Below, piece after piece: positions 50,266-60,603 of a DNA stretch of 64,000 nucleotides. The translations under genes and the position numbers were made by a program. The notes under the pieces were generated by a model. The model was not told the origin of the DNA. It saw only the letters and a list, made by a program, of their open reading frames with translations, and did no database searches. This stretch comes from Candidatus Latescibacterota bacterium (GTDB taxonomy: Bacteria > Latescibacterota > UBA2968). The stretch's first letter is position 1. Each line of letters begins with the position of its first letter. Location: positions 3,136,001 to 3,200,000 of the forward strand of contig OZ240241.1 of the NCBI GenBank assembly GCA_965198115.1, in the 5' to 3' direction.

Positions 50266-51483
50266 TCAGAAATGATCCGGTCCCCAATAGACGACCTCGC
50301 GCCGCGGGAAGAGGATCGTCATGAAATCTGAAACCGCGGAATTCACAGAAACGCCTGTTGCCCGCAGCGCGGGAAGTGCTCCCTGCCAGCCCGGCTGACC
50401 GAATACAATCCGCCAAAACAGACTGGCCGGCAGCGCGAGTCGAGTGGCTGTTCGATCTGTTGCACGAATCTCGAGATTCGCGGAGTCACCGCGACGAAGG
50501 ATGCAGTGCTGGTCGTTCGTTTCGAAACGTATCGAGAAAGAACCACCCTTCGGAAGTCCCTCCAATCGGGATTCCAGCTCGGGTAGCAAGCTCTGGAACA
50601 AGCTCTGCAGATTGGCTGGATAGAGCATCGCCTGATCGTTTCCGGTCAGCGTAAGATCCCCACCCCACCTCTCCAGGATTAGATGCACGAACGGGTGTGT
50701 GTGCGGAATCTCACCGTGGATCTCCTCGATCTCCCGGTCTTCGCAGCTCTGGACAAGGGCTTCAACGAGACTCACAAGAACTCCGGAATCCTCCTGATCG
50801 GACGCCACTTCGTGTACAATCGCAGCCCCCTCGACTGAATCGAAATTCAGGTATCCCCCAACGCCATGATCGCGTCTGGCCACGACTGTGGGCAGAATGC
50901 CTCGCAGCCTGGCTGGTGTCGTGTCCCAGTAGGATCTGGGTCGCACGAGAGTCCCACTCTGATCGGCATTGCACTCATTGTAGAGAGTCGCCACCTGTTC
51001 CAGGTCTCGTCCTTCCTCGAAAGGTTCAGCCTCCCACGACAATGGTCTCGTCTCAGCCGGTGCTCCTCTTCGAATCTGAAAACCCTCCATGGGAAGGCTC
51101 CCCCATCCCAGCTTTCCATAGAAGCTGCACGGCAGGATCGAAAAGAGCATCCCGACATCGTAGCCCGCCTGCTGCATATGCTCTGCCGTGCCCCGCATCA
51201 GGGCCGAGGCATACCCTCGACCACGATGATCCGGATGAGTCCCAACGCCCCCGATCCCCGCCATCCGGACACTGCTAGATCCGACACGAAGCCTCCGCTC
51301 CCAGATCCGCAGCGTCGAAACAATCCGTCCACCGACCAAAACGACGCGGGTCTGATCCAGCCGGTAGCTCGAATCACCTCTGATGTATTCCGAGTAGCGC
51401 TCGGAACCATCCGATCGAAACACCAGACACTGAAGCGCGATCATTTCATCCAATTCGGATTCACGAACGGCTCTGACTTCCAA
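50266..51483 (-). CDS. GNAT acetyltransferase, Eis-like
   Basis: GIGGVGTHPDHRGRGYASALM, FYGKLGW, tandem GNAT layout. Confidence 0.85.
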   Translation of the reverse strand: MEVRAVRESELDEMIALQCLVFRSDGSERYSEYIRGDSSYRLDQTRVVLVGGRIVSTLRIWERRLRVGSSSVRMAGIGGVGTHPDHRGRGYASALMRGTAEHMQQAGYDVGMLFSILPCSFYGKLGWGSLPMEGFQIRRGAPAETRPLSWEAEPFEEGRDLEQVATLYNECNADQSGTLVRPRSYWDTTPARLRGILPTVVARRDHGVGGYLNFDSVEGAAIVHEVASDQEDSGVLVSLVEALVQSCEDREIEEIHGEIPHTHPFVHLILERWGGDLTLTGNDQAMLYPANLQSLFQSLLPELESRLEGLPKGGSFSIRFETNDQHCILRRGDSANLEIRATDRTATRLALPASLFWRIVFGQPGWQGALPALRATGVSVNSAVSDFMTILFPRREVVYWGPDHF

Positions 51484-51703
51484 GTTTTCTCACTCCGTTT
51501 CCCACGACACTGCTCCCCTTTGCTCGCGGCATCTTGACGTATCGCGGATCGTCAGGACGCCTTCTTGAACTGATCATTGTGCCATGATAACCGTGACACC
51601 GCACGGTCGCAAAAATTCAGCGGACGAGGATTCGTCGCGTTAGTTTATTACAGCATCCAGCCTCCACACGAACCTGATCTGTGGAATCAAACGGAGCGAA
51701 CCT

Positions 51704-52549
51704 GTGGATGAAAAATTGACCGACTACCTTTTCGATCTGCACGGATATCTCGTGCTCGAGGACGTCATCGATCCGACCGACCTGAATGAAATGAATGCGT
51801 GGGTCGATGAGCACTGGGAATACGTCGAACGTCCGTGGGATGGAGAGGGAGAGAGCAAACAAAACAGGTGGATCGGCCACATCGAAACGCACCGATACGG
51901 AAACCACGACGGCGTGAACTTCCAGAACATCGTCGAGGCTGGTGCTGTGTTCGAACGGTTGATCGATCACCCCGGCTGGATCGATCTGATACGCAAGTAC
52001 CTCAATCCCATCAACCGCGTATCAATCCACGAGAATCTTCTGAACATTCGCGGCAAAGGTGAACACATCTACATGCATTCAGGCGGCCACTCGCCCATTT
52101 GCTACCAGACGTTTCGGCAGCGCAACACAGGCGAGTGGATGGTCGGCCAGATCAACGTGATCGTAGCACTCAACGACATCGGCCCAGGAGACGGGGGTAC
52201 GGTCGTCGTCCCGGGAAGCCACCAAGTCACAGATCTACATCCGCGTCTGGAAGTCGAGCTCGCACCGAGACGAGAAATGCCAGGCGGCACTGCGCTCGGC
52301 ATGGAGGAAGTTCATCTGAAGGCGGGAGATGCGGTCTTCTTCACGGATTCCATATCGCACGGGTCGGCCGAACGGACGAACGATGGCTATCGACGCACCG
52401 TGCTCTATCGGTACTCGCCGCGCTTTATTCGATCGCGGTTCAACTACGCGATGTCTGAGGGACTACGCGCTCGGTTGACGCCTGAACAGCTGGAGATTCT
52501 GGATCCGATCGAGAAGAGATCTCCGCCTACGGAAGGAGAAATCGACTAG
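51704..52549 (+). CDS. Phytanoyl-CoA dioxygenase (PhyH) family protein
   Basis: YLFDLHGYLVLE, GGTVVVPGSH, LKAGDAVFF, SHGS. Confidence 0.88.
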   Translation: MDEKLTDYLFDLHGYLVLEDVIDPTDLNEMNAWVDEHWEYVERPWDGEGESKQNRWIGHIETHRYGNHDGVNFQNIVEAGAVFERLIDHPGWIDLIRKYLNPINRVSIHENLLNIRGKGEHIYMHSGGHSPICYQTFRQRNTGEWMVGQINVIVALNDIGPGDGGTVVVPGSHQVTDLHPRLEVELAPRREMPGGTALGMEEVHLKAGDAVFFTDSISHGSAERTNDGYRRTVLYRYSPRFIRSRFNYAMSEGLRARLTPEQLEILDPIEKRSPPTEGEID

Positions 52550-52594
52550 CACTGGGGCGCCGGATGCGAAACATCCGATCGTTGTGTGGCCATT

Positions 52595-53674
52595 TCACTT
52601 TGCCGGCAGCGAAATGCGGAAACGGGTGTCTTCATCCGGCTGACTGACAAGTTCGATTCTCCCGCCGTGGTCGCTCAGGATCCTGCGAACGGTTGCAAGA
52701 CCCAGTCCGATGCCCTCGTCATTCGCCTTGGTGGTGAAAAAGGGTTCGAAGACTCGATCCCGTTCGTCGGCAGAGATACCCGACCCATTGTCTTGGATTT
52801 CCAGGATGTGCTCGTCCGAGTCGTTTGCTGTCACGGATATGGTGATCGTTGCATCGCGTTTTTCGGCAATGTTCTGCCGGAGAGCATCGCTACTGTTCGT
52901 GAACACGTTGATCAAAACCTGCTGGAGCATGACAGGGTCCCCGAAAACGACTGCCTTTGCATCCGGCAGTGTCGTCTCGATCTTCAAATGCTCGCCGACG
53001 GCAGGACGCGTGATGGTGAGAACCTCCTCCACGACTTTTCGAAGGTCCGTATCGACTTTCTGAGCTTCCCGAGTTCCCGCAAAGATTGCAAGTAGATCGA
53101 AGATGGAGATGACCCGGTCCGCTGCATCGTGGGCCTCCTGAAGCAAACTGGCTTCCTGTTCAGTGACGTTGGCTGCGGCAAGTTCAATGTTTAGCCGCAT
53201 GCCGTTAAGTATGTTCACCACGTTGTGGAACAGACCCTCCGTGAGCCGACCGATCGCCTGGTGTCTATGAAGCCCCACAAGCCGACTTTCAAGTCGTTTC
53301 CTCTCGATACCGTACTGAATCGCCTTGTTCAGCGAATCGGCGTTCACCTGGCCCTTTACCAGGTAGTCTTGCGCCCCGAACCTGAGGGACCGAAGTGCAA
53401 GCTCCTCGTCATCCTGGCCCGTGAGGACGATGATCGCCGATCGGGAAGATCGCTTGAAGATCTCGCTGAATGTTTCAATGCCGTGACTATCGGGCAGCGT
53501 CAGGTCCAGCAGAATAAGTTGGAAAGAATTCTGTGCAGCCAGCTCAAGGGCTGATTCGAGCCGATCTGTTGTCGTGATGTCATACTGAACCCGCGACGAC
53601 GATCCAAGTTGCTCCTGGAACAGCCTGGCATCGCCGGGGTTGTCTTCTACGAGAAGAATCGGTATCGAATCCAC
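52595..53674 (-). CDS. Receiver-histidine kinase hybrid
   Basis: [21 protein letters not shown]; H-box FHNVVN; DNGSG, FFTTK, GIGLGL. Confidence 0.88.
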   Translation of the reverse strand: MDSIPILLVEDNPGDARLFQEQLGSSSRVQYDITTTDRLESALELAAQNSFQLILLDLTLPDSHGIETFSEIFKRSSRSAIIVLTGQDDEELALRSLRFGAQDYLVKGQVNADSLNKAIQYGIERKRLESRLVGLHRHQAIGRLTEGLFHNVVNILNGMRLNIELAAANVTEQEASLLQEAHDAADRVISIFDLLAIFAGTREAQKVDTDLRKVVEEVLTITRPAVGEHLKIETTLPDAKAVVFGDPVMLQQVLINVFTNSSDALRQNIAEKRDATITISVTANDSDEHILEIQDNGSGISADERDRVFEPFFTTKANDEGIGLGLATVRRILSDHGGRIELVSQPDEDTRFRISLPAK

Positions 53675-53692
53675 GGTCCGTCCTCGTCGCCG

Positions 53693-54787
53693 TCAGAGGC
53701 TGAGCGACCTGAGGGCAATAGCGATCTGGCTAACGATGAGTATGGCCACGTGTTCACTTTCCACCGGAATCCCGTCCGGCCTGGTGTGGCAGAGTGTCAG
53801 AACTCCGACGGTCCCGCCCTCTATCCGAAATGGGATACACAGGAGAGACCCGATGGCCTCCTCCGAGTCACTCTCGACGTCTTGCGGAAGGCTGGGCAGG
53901 TCAGGAGCCGAAAGCAACGTGCCAGAATCATCCAAATCTGGATAAACTCGAACAACGGCCCTCGTGGCCACACTTGGTACTGCTATGGGTTGAACGTTTC
54001 TGGTCACCCACGAAGCGATCCCCTCCTCGTTGACAACTGGTTGAGATCCTACGATGACCTGTAGGTACTCACAGAGGGATGCGTCCCCGCCGCGTGAAGC
54101 GGCGACGTCGAAACCAGGAGGATCGCCGCGGAGAAACATGACCGCGCAAAGATTGCCTCCGGTTTCTTCGAGCAGCGTGTCGCAGGCCGTGTTGAGTACA
54201 TTGGCGCTATCCTCAGCGTCCTCGATCCCGGCGATGACACTTCGAATGATGGACAACTCACGAACCTTCCCCTCGAACTGATCGACCGTCTTGGCGAGAT
54301 CGTCTGCGAAGACATCGCTCAAACGCCGGAACCGGTTTTCACTCGCCTTCAGCTCGTCGTTCTTTTTCTGCAACTCTGCCCGATGCCTGTGGCGCTCCAC
54401 TGCGTATCTCAGAACCCGATCGACCGCATCTCCCGTAATCTTTCCTTTCACCAGATAGTCCTGCGCGCCCATCGCAATGGCTTCTGCCGCCACCTCACGG
54501 TCGTCGAAACCCGTCAAGACGATGACAGGGACATTCAGCGACTCACTGCTAAGCGTTTCGAATGTTTCCAGCCCTTGACCGTCCGGTAGAGAAAGATCCA
54601 GTAGAATGGCATCGTAGGAAGACTCCGAAAGCATCTGCAGACCCTCTGAGAGACGTCCGGCGCAGTCCATCTCCATTCGAAAGGTGCCGACCCCCCGCAA
54701 CATATTCTCGAAGAGGGCGACATCCGCCGGATTGTCTTCGATCAGAAGAACCCGATGAGTGTCGGCAGCCGAGCTTTCCTCTGTCAT
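53693..54787 (-). CDS. Response regulator receiver + coiled coil + GAF domain protein
   Basis: LLIEDNPAD, LLDLSLPD; GIASWV, SLLCIPFRIEGGTVGVL, SQIAIAL. Confidence 0.8.
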   Translation of the reverse strand: MTEESSAADTHRVLLIEDNPADVALFENMLRGVGTFRMEMDCAGRLSEGLQMLSESSYDAILLDLSLPDGQGLETFETLSSESLNVPVIVLTGFDDREVAAEAIAMGAQDYLVKGKITGDAVDRVLRYAVERHRHRAELQKKNDELKASENRFRRLSDVFADDLAKTVDQFEGKVRELSIIRSVIAGIEDAEDSANVLNTACDTLLEETGGNLCAVMFLRGDPPGFDVAASRGGDASLCEYLQVIVGSQPVVNEEGIASWVTRNVQPIAVPSVATRAVVRVYPDLDDSGTLLSAPDLPSLPQDVESDSEEAIGSLLCIPFRIEGGTVGVLTLCHTRPDGIPVESEHVAILIVSQIAIALRSLSL

Positions 54788-54984
54788 TTCCGGACTCGCA
54801 TAAACGACGTAATTCCTTCTCTATCCTACACACGACTATGATCTTGACTGGACTGTCGCCTCGAAACTTTATCGATCCACCCCAACGACCGTGGACGACT
54901 GTGATGGGATCAAAAGTCTCCTCCGCCTGCCTGCGCAGCGCCCAAGGGAACACATACGCCTGCCCTTGTTCCTTTGCCCAAGAT

Positions 54985-55704
54985 CTATGTCTCTGACTCA
55001 GCGCCTTCCTCGTCAGCCGCAGCATCGAAATCCACCATGTCCGGACCACCCGCGTACTTAGTCGTCACAAACTTCCGCACCTGAAACATCTTCTGGATGA
55101 TTGTATTGATCCTGTCGCTGGCCTCAACGATCTCTTGCAACATCTCAGATCTCTTCTGTTCGTCCATCCTGCCCATTCCCAGCAGCTCTGCATTACCTTT
55201 CAGTAGGGTCAAAGGCTGCCTGATCTCGTGGGCGGCTCCAATCGCCGTAGCAGCAGCTGCATGGACGCGTTCTGCCTCCAGCAGCTTTTCCTGGAGCTCG
55301 AGCAATTCGAGCCTTTGGCTGTTGCGTTCGATCGCGTAGCGTAACGCACGCGCAATAAGCTCACCGTCGCCCTGCCCCTTGACGAGGTAGTCCTGCGCGC
55401 CTTCTTCGACCAGTTTCATACCAAGCATCTGATCGTTGAGACCGGTCAGGATGACAATGGGAAGATCAGTGGTCGTCTCGCGAACGGCCTCGTACGTCTC
55501 CGTTCCTTGGCTGTCAGGGAGGGAAAGATCCAGCAGAATCACATCCCAGGTCGCCTGGCCGATGCACTCGATCGCGGCCGCCAGGGATTCCGCAACTTGA
55601 ACGTCATACGCGCCAATGGATTGATCACGCAGCAGCTCTTTCAGTAGCCGGGAATCAGTGGGGCTGTCCTCGACAAGGAGGACCTTGACAAGATTCGTGT
55701 TCAT
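54985..55704 (-). CDS. Receiver + HisKA (DHp) protein with no ATPase domain
   Basis: LLVEDSP, LLDLSLPD; AAHEIRQPL; ends without N/G boxes. Confidence 0.82.
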   Translation of the reverse strand: MNTNLVKVLLVEDSPTDSRLLKELLRDQSIGAYDVQVAESLAAAIECIGQATWDVILLDLSLPDSQGTETYEAVRETTTDLPIVILTGLNDQMLGMKLVEEGAQDYLVKGQGDGELIARALRYAIERNSQRLELLELQEKLLEAERVHAAAATAIGAAHEIRQPLTLLKGNAELLGMGRMDEQKRSEMLQEIVEASDRINTIIQKMFQVRKFVTTKYAGGPDMVDFDAAADEEGAESET

Positions 55705-55715
55705 TGTGGGTCAGC

Positions 55716-56165
55716 TCATTCCGACGGAAGCTTCACGATGGACAGCCAGAAGCTTTCGATCAACTGGACAACCTCGATGAATTGCTCAAAATCGACGGGC
55801 TTCGTGATGTAGCAGTTCGCGTTGAGGTCGTAGACCTTGAGGATGTCGGCCTCCGCGGCGGAGGTCGTCAAGATCACGACCGGGATCCGCTTCAGGTCCG
55901 GATCCGACTTATACTCTTCCAGAACTTCACGGCCATCTTTCTTGGGCAGATTCAGATCGAGCAAGATCAGGTCCGGACGAGGAGCATCGGCGTACTGGCC
56001 TTGTTTTTTCAAGTAGCTCAGGGCTTCCACACCGTCATTTACGATGGCCAGGTTGTTGCACACCTTACCTTCTTTGAGTGCCTCCTGCAGAAGCCGTACG
56101 TCACCCGGGTTATCCTCGACGAGTAAGATCTCTATCGGCCTTCCTAGTGAGTTCATCGGTGCCAT
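55716..56165 (-). CDS. Single-domain response regulator, Rcp1-like
   Basis: [43 protein letters not shown]. Confidence 0.92.
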   Translation of the reverse strand: MAPMNSLGRPIEILLVEDNPGDVRLLQEALKEGKVCNNLAIVNDGVEALSYLKKQGQYADAPRPDLILLDLNLPKKDGREVLEEYKSDPDLKRIPVVILTTSAAEADILKVYDLNANCYITKPVDFEQFIEVVQLIESFWLSIVKLPSE

Positions 56166-56283
56166 CGGCTTTCCCTGTTTTGGATCAAAGGATTTCGTTC
56201 CTACGGATCTTGTTCAAGCTACACACCACAATTTCTGACTGGTCACAGATCTCCTCGATCGACACTATCTATCGGTAGAATAA

Positions 56284-56924
56284 GTCATGACCTCCGGCAA
56301 AGCCGGAGGCTTGAAAACTTGTGAACCGCTCAAAGCGGTTGGAAACCAAGCGCCACCTAAAGGTGGCGATTACCTGAAAATGTTGAGCTGGTCGAGACGC
56401 CGGTCCTCCCGCTCCTGGTTCTGGATATACTCCCGAACCGTCTGTTCATCCTTGCCAACGGTGGAGACCCAGTAGCCTCTTGCCCAGAAATGCTGCCCGG
56501 TGAAGTTCGACCTGCGTCCCAGATAGTTCCGAGCAATGTGAATCGCACTCTTTCCTTTGATGAACCCTACCGTCTGAGCTACTGAGTGCTTCGGCGGGAT
56601 CGAAATCAGCATGTGCACATGGTCGGATCGCAGGTGACCCTCTTCCACACGGCATTCCTTCTGTGCGGCCAGATCCCGAATCACCTCGCCCAGATAGCGA
56701 CGAATTTCACCATACAACACTTTTCTACGATACTTCCGAACCCAAACAACGTCATACTTGCACTCCCATACCGTGTGACGTAGACTCCTTACGTTGTTCA
56801 TTAGAGAGCCTTCCTTCCGTGTGCTTTGAGCGGTCCACGGCAAGGGAGGCTCTTACATATTTCTGGAACTGTCAAACTCTGGGAGTCTCCCCGGCAGAGC
56901 CGGGGGCTTACCAAGGTTTAGTTA
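56284..56924 (-). mobile_element. IS200/IS605-family IS (TnpA only), copy 2
   Basis: Same hairpin ends as copy 1; both copies read TAAC at the minus-strand left end and TGAC at the right end. Confidence 0.92.
56370..56801 (-). CDS. tnpA: IS200/IS605 Y1 transposase TnpA
   Basis: DHVHML (HUH), FWARGYWVSTVG, VREYIQNQE. Confidence 0.93.
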   Translation of the reverse strand: MNNVRSLRHTVWECKYDVVWVRKYRRKVLYGEIRRYLGEVIRDLAAQKECRVEEGHLRSDHVHMLISIPPKHSVAQTVGFIKGKSAIHIARNYLGRRSNFTGQHFWARGYWVSTVGKDEQTVREYIQNQEREDRRLDQLNIFR

Positions 56925-56977
56925 CGCGTACTGCCCCCCGATCAAAAGTTGAGACTATGGGGCAGCGTTGCAACCAG

Positions 56978-59359
56978 TTACGGACCTCCGTGGTCTTCCT
57001 TTGGGAGTGTAAACGTGAACGTCGCACCGTGGCTAGGTTCCGAGTCGACCCAGATCTCGCCGTCGTGCCGTTCAACGATTTTTCTACACATAGCCAGACC
57101 GATGCCGTTTCCGGCATATTCGGATCGTTGGTGAAGTCGTTGGAAAACCTGGAAAATCCTGTCCGAATACGCTGGATCGATTCCGATCCCGTTGTCCCGA
57201 ACCTCGAACTGCCATATCGAGTCGTGCGAGGTGGCCGAGATGTGGATGTGGGGAGGAACCTCAGCTCTGAATTTGATGGCATTATCGATCAAATTCTGGA
57301 ACAATACGGCGAGCTGCTCCTCGTCTCCCACGACCATCGGCAAAGGCTCTCGCTCAACAACGGTTTCGGTCTCGCCGATTTCTTTCTCGAGTTTAGTGAG
57401 TGCCCGATCAAGGACCTCTTCACAGTTCGTGGCCTGGAACGACTCGCCCTTTTGATCGAGCCGTGAGAATTGGAGAAGATCGGTGATGAGTCTCGACATT
57501 CGGTGTGCGCCGTCTGAGGCGAATTCGATGAAATCGAGTGCATCTCCGTCGAGTCTGTTTTTGTATCTCTTCTCCAGCAGGCCGACATAGCTGGAGACCA
57601 TTCTGAGGGGTTCCTGTAGGTCGTGCGAAGCCACGTAGGCAAACCGTTCCAACTCCTCGTTCGATCGCTCCAACTCCCGGGTGTGTCGCTCCAGAGTGGC
57701 GTGGGCCTCCGACAGTTCCTCCGTACGCTCTTCGACCAGTTGTTCGATTCTGGTCGTCCGGCCGGTTACCGTCAGCAGAAAAGCACCGAGCATGCCCGTG
57801 AAGAACAGGCCACCCACCAACACCATCCAGATATCCCAGGAGCGGCGGGAGGCCATGAATTCCTGTGTCGGGACGAGTTGGAGCGACCATCTCCGGCTGC
57901 CCAGGTTAAAGCTGCTCGTCCATTCCAGACCGACGTTGTCATCGTCAGGAATTGGCTCGACAGACTGAACGCCCTCCCTATCCACACACAGCAGCCGCGC
58001 ATCCTCCGGAGCCGAATCGTCGTAGAGCCGTAATTCTACGCCCGATCGATCCAGATTCTCCAAAGAGGCCTTGACGACATCACCTATCCGGAACACGCCC
58101 AACGCGAATCCACGTAAATTCGCTCGACGACCATCGACGGTTTCGGGCCGTTCGTCACTCTCGTAGACAGGAACAAAAACGAGGATCGCGAACTGCCGGC
58201 CACCCTCCTGGACCAACGTAATGCGTGCGGTGGCCACAGGTTCACCCGTGTCTCGCGCAAGGTTCAGAGCCTCCAGACGGGCAGGGTTGGAAGCGAGGTC
58301 GAACCACAGTGCCATTTCGTTGCCGGCGTACGGTTCGACATAATAGACGGGGAAGTACTCACCACGAGAACCGGCACGCACCATCTGACCCTGCTGTTCT
58401 CGCTCCGTGAACTGAAAGCCTTCGTACCCACTACGTCGCGCGGCATCCTCGAACTGCCCACGCTGAGCGTCGGGCACGCTTGGAATCCATTCCAGCGCCT
58501 GAATGCCTGGGTGGCGCTCATAGGGCAGCTGGGCAAAACTTCCGAATGCCGCAGGACCCACTTCACGTGAATTCACGAAGAAGCGTTCGACCGCGTGGAG
58601 GATGTCTACGTAACTGCTCAGGCCCTTCTGGAGGGATAAGGCGAGAACGTCGGCTCGACGTTCGAACTCGAGGCGAGTTCGATTTTGCTCGGTCGAGCTG
58701 GCGAAGAAGAAGGCGACGATCGAAACGGTAAAGGCAAGGAGCATGGGGATGCCAACCGAAAAGCGCCGTCGTCGCCACAGCGCACGAGGTTCTGCAGCGC
58801 ACGTCAATATCAGTGGGGCAAAGATGATCACCCCAACGACATCGCCGACCCACCACGTAAACCACGTAAACGGAAGGTCGGACGCGGGAGTGGCTCCAGC
58901 GAGCGCGAGCGTTGTGGTTCCCAGACTGGCATTGACAGAACACGCAACAGGACCGGCCAGCACCAGAAAGCGAAGAACCTCCTCGACTCTATCCAGGGTG
59001 CTATCGAACCCGACGAATCGCCCGATGAGAGCCCCGCCTGCGACCGCCTGTATGCCTGCCCCCATTCCTATGCTCAACGCGACAACGGCGTTCTTCACCA
59101 TGATTTCGGTCGTTGCTGCGTCGGGAGGCACCGAAACGTTGACGAGAAACGATCCGACGACGACAGCTGGCCAGACACGGTAGCCGAACAGGAGGATGCC
59201 AGCGAGAGCAATACCGGATGGAGGCCATACAGCCGTCGCGTACCCCGGCTCTATGGCCAGCAGCAGTCCGAGCTTCCCAAAAGCAAAGTAGCCAACGGCA
59301 ATGATCGTCCATCGCTGAAGATCGCCCAGCCAAGTCTGATCTTCGATGTCTCTCTTCAC
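56978..59359 (-). CDS. MASE1-CHASE sensor histidine kinase
   Basis: VWPPSGIA, WWVGD (MASE1); ALEWIP, YFPVYYVEP, RITLVQE (CHASE); SHDLQEPLR, DNGIG, GNGIGLA. Confidence 0.92.
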   Translation of the reverse strand: MKRDIEDQTWLGDLQRWTIIAVGYFAFGKLGLLLAIEPGYATAVWPPSGIALAGILLFGYRVWPAVVVGSFLVNVSVPPDAATTEIMVKNAVVALSIGMGAGIQAVAGGALIGRFVGFDSTLDRVEEVLRFLVLAGPVACSVNASLGTTTLALAGATPASDLPFTWFTWWVGDVVGVIIFAPLILTCAAEPRALWRRRRFSVGIPMLLAFTVSIVAFFFASSTEQNRTRLEFERRADVLALSLQKGLSSYVDILHAVERFFVNSREVGPAAFGSFAQLPYERHPGIQALEWIPSVPDAQRGQFEDAARRSGYEGFQFTEREQQGQMVRAGSRGEYFPVYYVEPYAGNEMALWFDLASNPARLEALNLARDTGEPVATARITLVQEGGRQFAILVFVPVYESDERPETVDGRRANLRGFALGVFRIGDVVKASLENLDRSGVELRLYDDSAPEDARLLCVDREGVQSVEPIPDDDNVGLEWTSSFNLGSRRWSLQLVPTQEFMASRRSWDIWMVLVGGLFFTGMLGAFLLTVTGRTTRIEQLVEERTEELSEAHATLERHTRELERSNEELERFAYVASHDLQEPLRMVSSYVGLLEKRYKNRLDGDALDFIEFASDGAHRMSRLITDLLQFSRLDQKGESFQATNCEEVLDRALTKLEKEIGETETVVEREPLPMVVGDEEQLAVLFQNLIDNAIKFRAEVPPHIHISATSHDSIWQFEVRDNGIGIDPAYSDRIFQVFQRLHQRSEYAGNGIGLAMCRKIVERHDGEIWVDSEPSHGATFTFTLPKEDHGGP

Positions 59360-59401
59360 TTCGGCGGATTCCTTCCCATCAAAAATGACGTGTACGGCAA
59401 C

Positions 59402-60124
59402 TCAAAGTTTCAACTTCAGTCCTACGCCGACACCCCACCCGTCGAGAATCGGGTTGGTGTCTTCAAATTCATTGTAGCGTGCTTCGATCACCAGATCGAA
59501 AGCATCGTTCACTCTGATACTGAGCTGCGATTCAGTCACCCAGCGATTAGGCGCATTCTCTCGGACATTCAGATCCGTAAATCCGGCCAGTCCGACTCTC
59601 TCTCCCAGTATGAATGAATGAATCACGCTGGCTTGCCATCCGGAACCGTCTGTCTCTATTGGGTGAACGCGCCACTGGACCCAACTTTTCCCCGATCTGA
59701 CCACCGCGTGTTTGAACGTCACACCTGGCCTCAGCAGATCGTTGCCCTGTCCATTGAAGTCATTGTACTCGATCTCCACTCCCAAGCCGTCAAACAACCA
59801 ATCGGCGACGATCGGTTTCCTTAAACGGAATTCGATGAAGTAACGACTCAGATCGAATCGTTCGTTGCCATCATTCTGGTTGCCGTGAAGATCCACGAAT
59901 CCCCAGAGGTTCATCCCCCCTGGAAGGGCGCGTGGAGTCACAAGAATGTTGAGCGTATTGTAGGATCTCGTGTCGAGATAGTAGGTGAGCGTTGCGGCTA
60001 CCGGTTTCGCTGCCCTGGCCGTTCCGTGAGCAAAGGCCAGGCCCAAGAGCAGGAGCATCATACCGAGGTCAGCCAGACGTGAATCTCTCCTCAACTGGCA
60101 GCCCCGGCGGGGGAGTGCGATCAT
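59402..60124 (-). CDS. Putative outer-membrane beta-barrel protein (Tsx/DUF5020-like), start uncertain
   Basis: Signal peptide ending AHGTARA; alternating beta-strands (WGFVDL, GFTDLN); C-terminal GVGLKLKL. Confidence 0.55.
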   Translation of the reverse strand: MIALPRRGCQLRRDSRLADLGMMLLLLGLAFAHGTARAAKPVAATLTYYLDTRSYNTLNILVTPRALPGGMNLWGFVDLHGNQNDGNERFDLSRYFIEFRLRKPIVADWLFDGLGVEIEYNDFNGQGNDLLRPGVTFKHAVVRSGKSWVQWRVHPIETDGSGWQASVIHSFILGERVGLAGFTDLNVRENAPNRWVTESQLSIRVNDAFDLVIEARYNEFEDTNPILDGWGVGVGLKLKL

Positions 60125-60513
60125 TTATCCAGCCGATTCGAGGCGTATTCGCGCCACCCACCCCACGATGTGATCTCACCCTTCCCACGGCAGATGTGCG
60201 GCTCGCCCAGCACCCCAAGCACTTCCTCTCCATCGGATAACGTGATCCGACCGATGCAGAGTCCGGGGGGCTCCTGCAAGAGCAGCGTGGCCCCACCTTC
60301 GGCGGGCACTTCCCAGATTTCGAGGGCTATCTCAGAACCTCCGGACTCTGTCTTCATCATAGCCGGGTGAACGTCGTCGATGGACCACAGCTGGTAGCAC
60401 GATGCCGTATGGGCTTCGCGGCGGAACTTTGACCCCAGGCTCGTGAGATTCCCATTCAGCGCCAATCCGCGCATCAGTGTTCCGTTCACCGCAAGTTCTA
60501 CGAATCTTTTCAC
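60121..60513 (-). CDS. Stand-alone allophanate hydrolase C-terminal domain (GGCT-like fold) protein
   Basis: LAVNGTLMRGLALN, EIWEVP, EPPGLCIG, EITSWGGWREY. Confidence 0.82.
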   Translation of the reverse strand: MKRFVELAVNGTLMRGLALNGNLTSLGSKFRREAHTASCYQLWSIDDVHPAMMKTESGGSEIALEIWEVPAEGGATLLLQEPPGLCIGRITLSDGEEVLGVLGEPHICRGKGEITSWGGWREYASNRLDK

Positions 60514-60603
60514 AGAGCTCCTCCACCGGACATCTGCCTGAAACTAACAAGTGGCCATTCGATCGAGATCTGCGCTGACAAAAGGCCCCGATGATGGCTT
60601 GAG

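Noticed and set aside
46041-56924. TnpB/omega-RNA system in the IS200/IS605 elements
   Set aside because: Both copies are about 640 bp with TnpA only; no TnpB ORF
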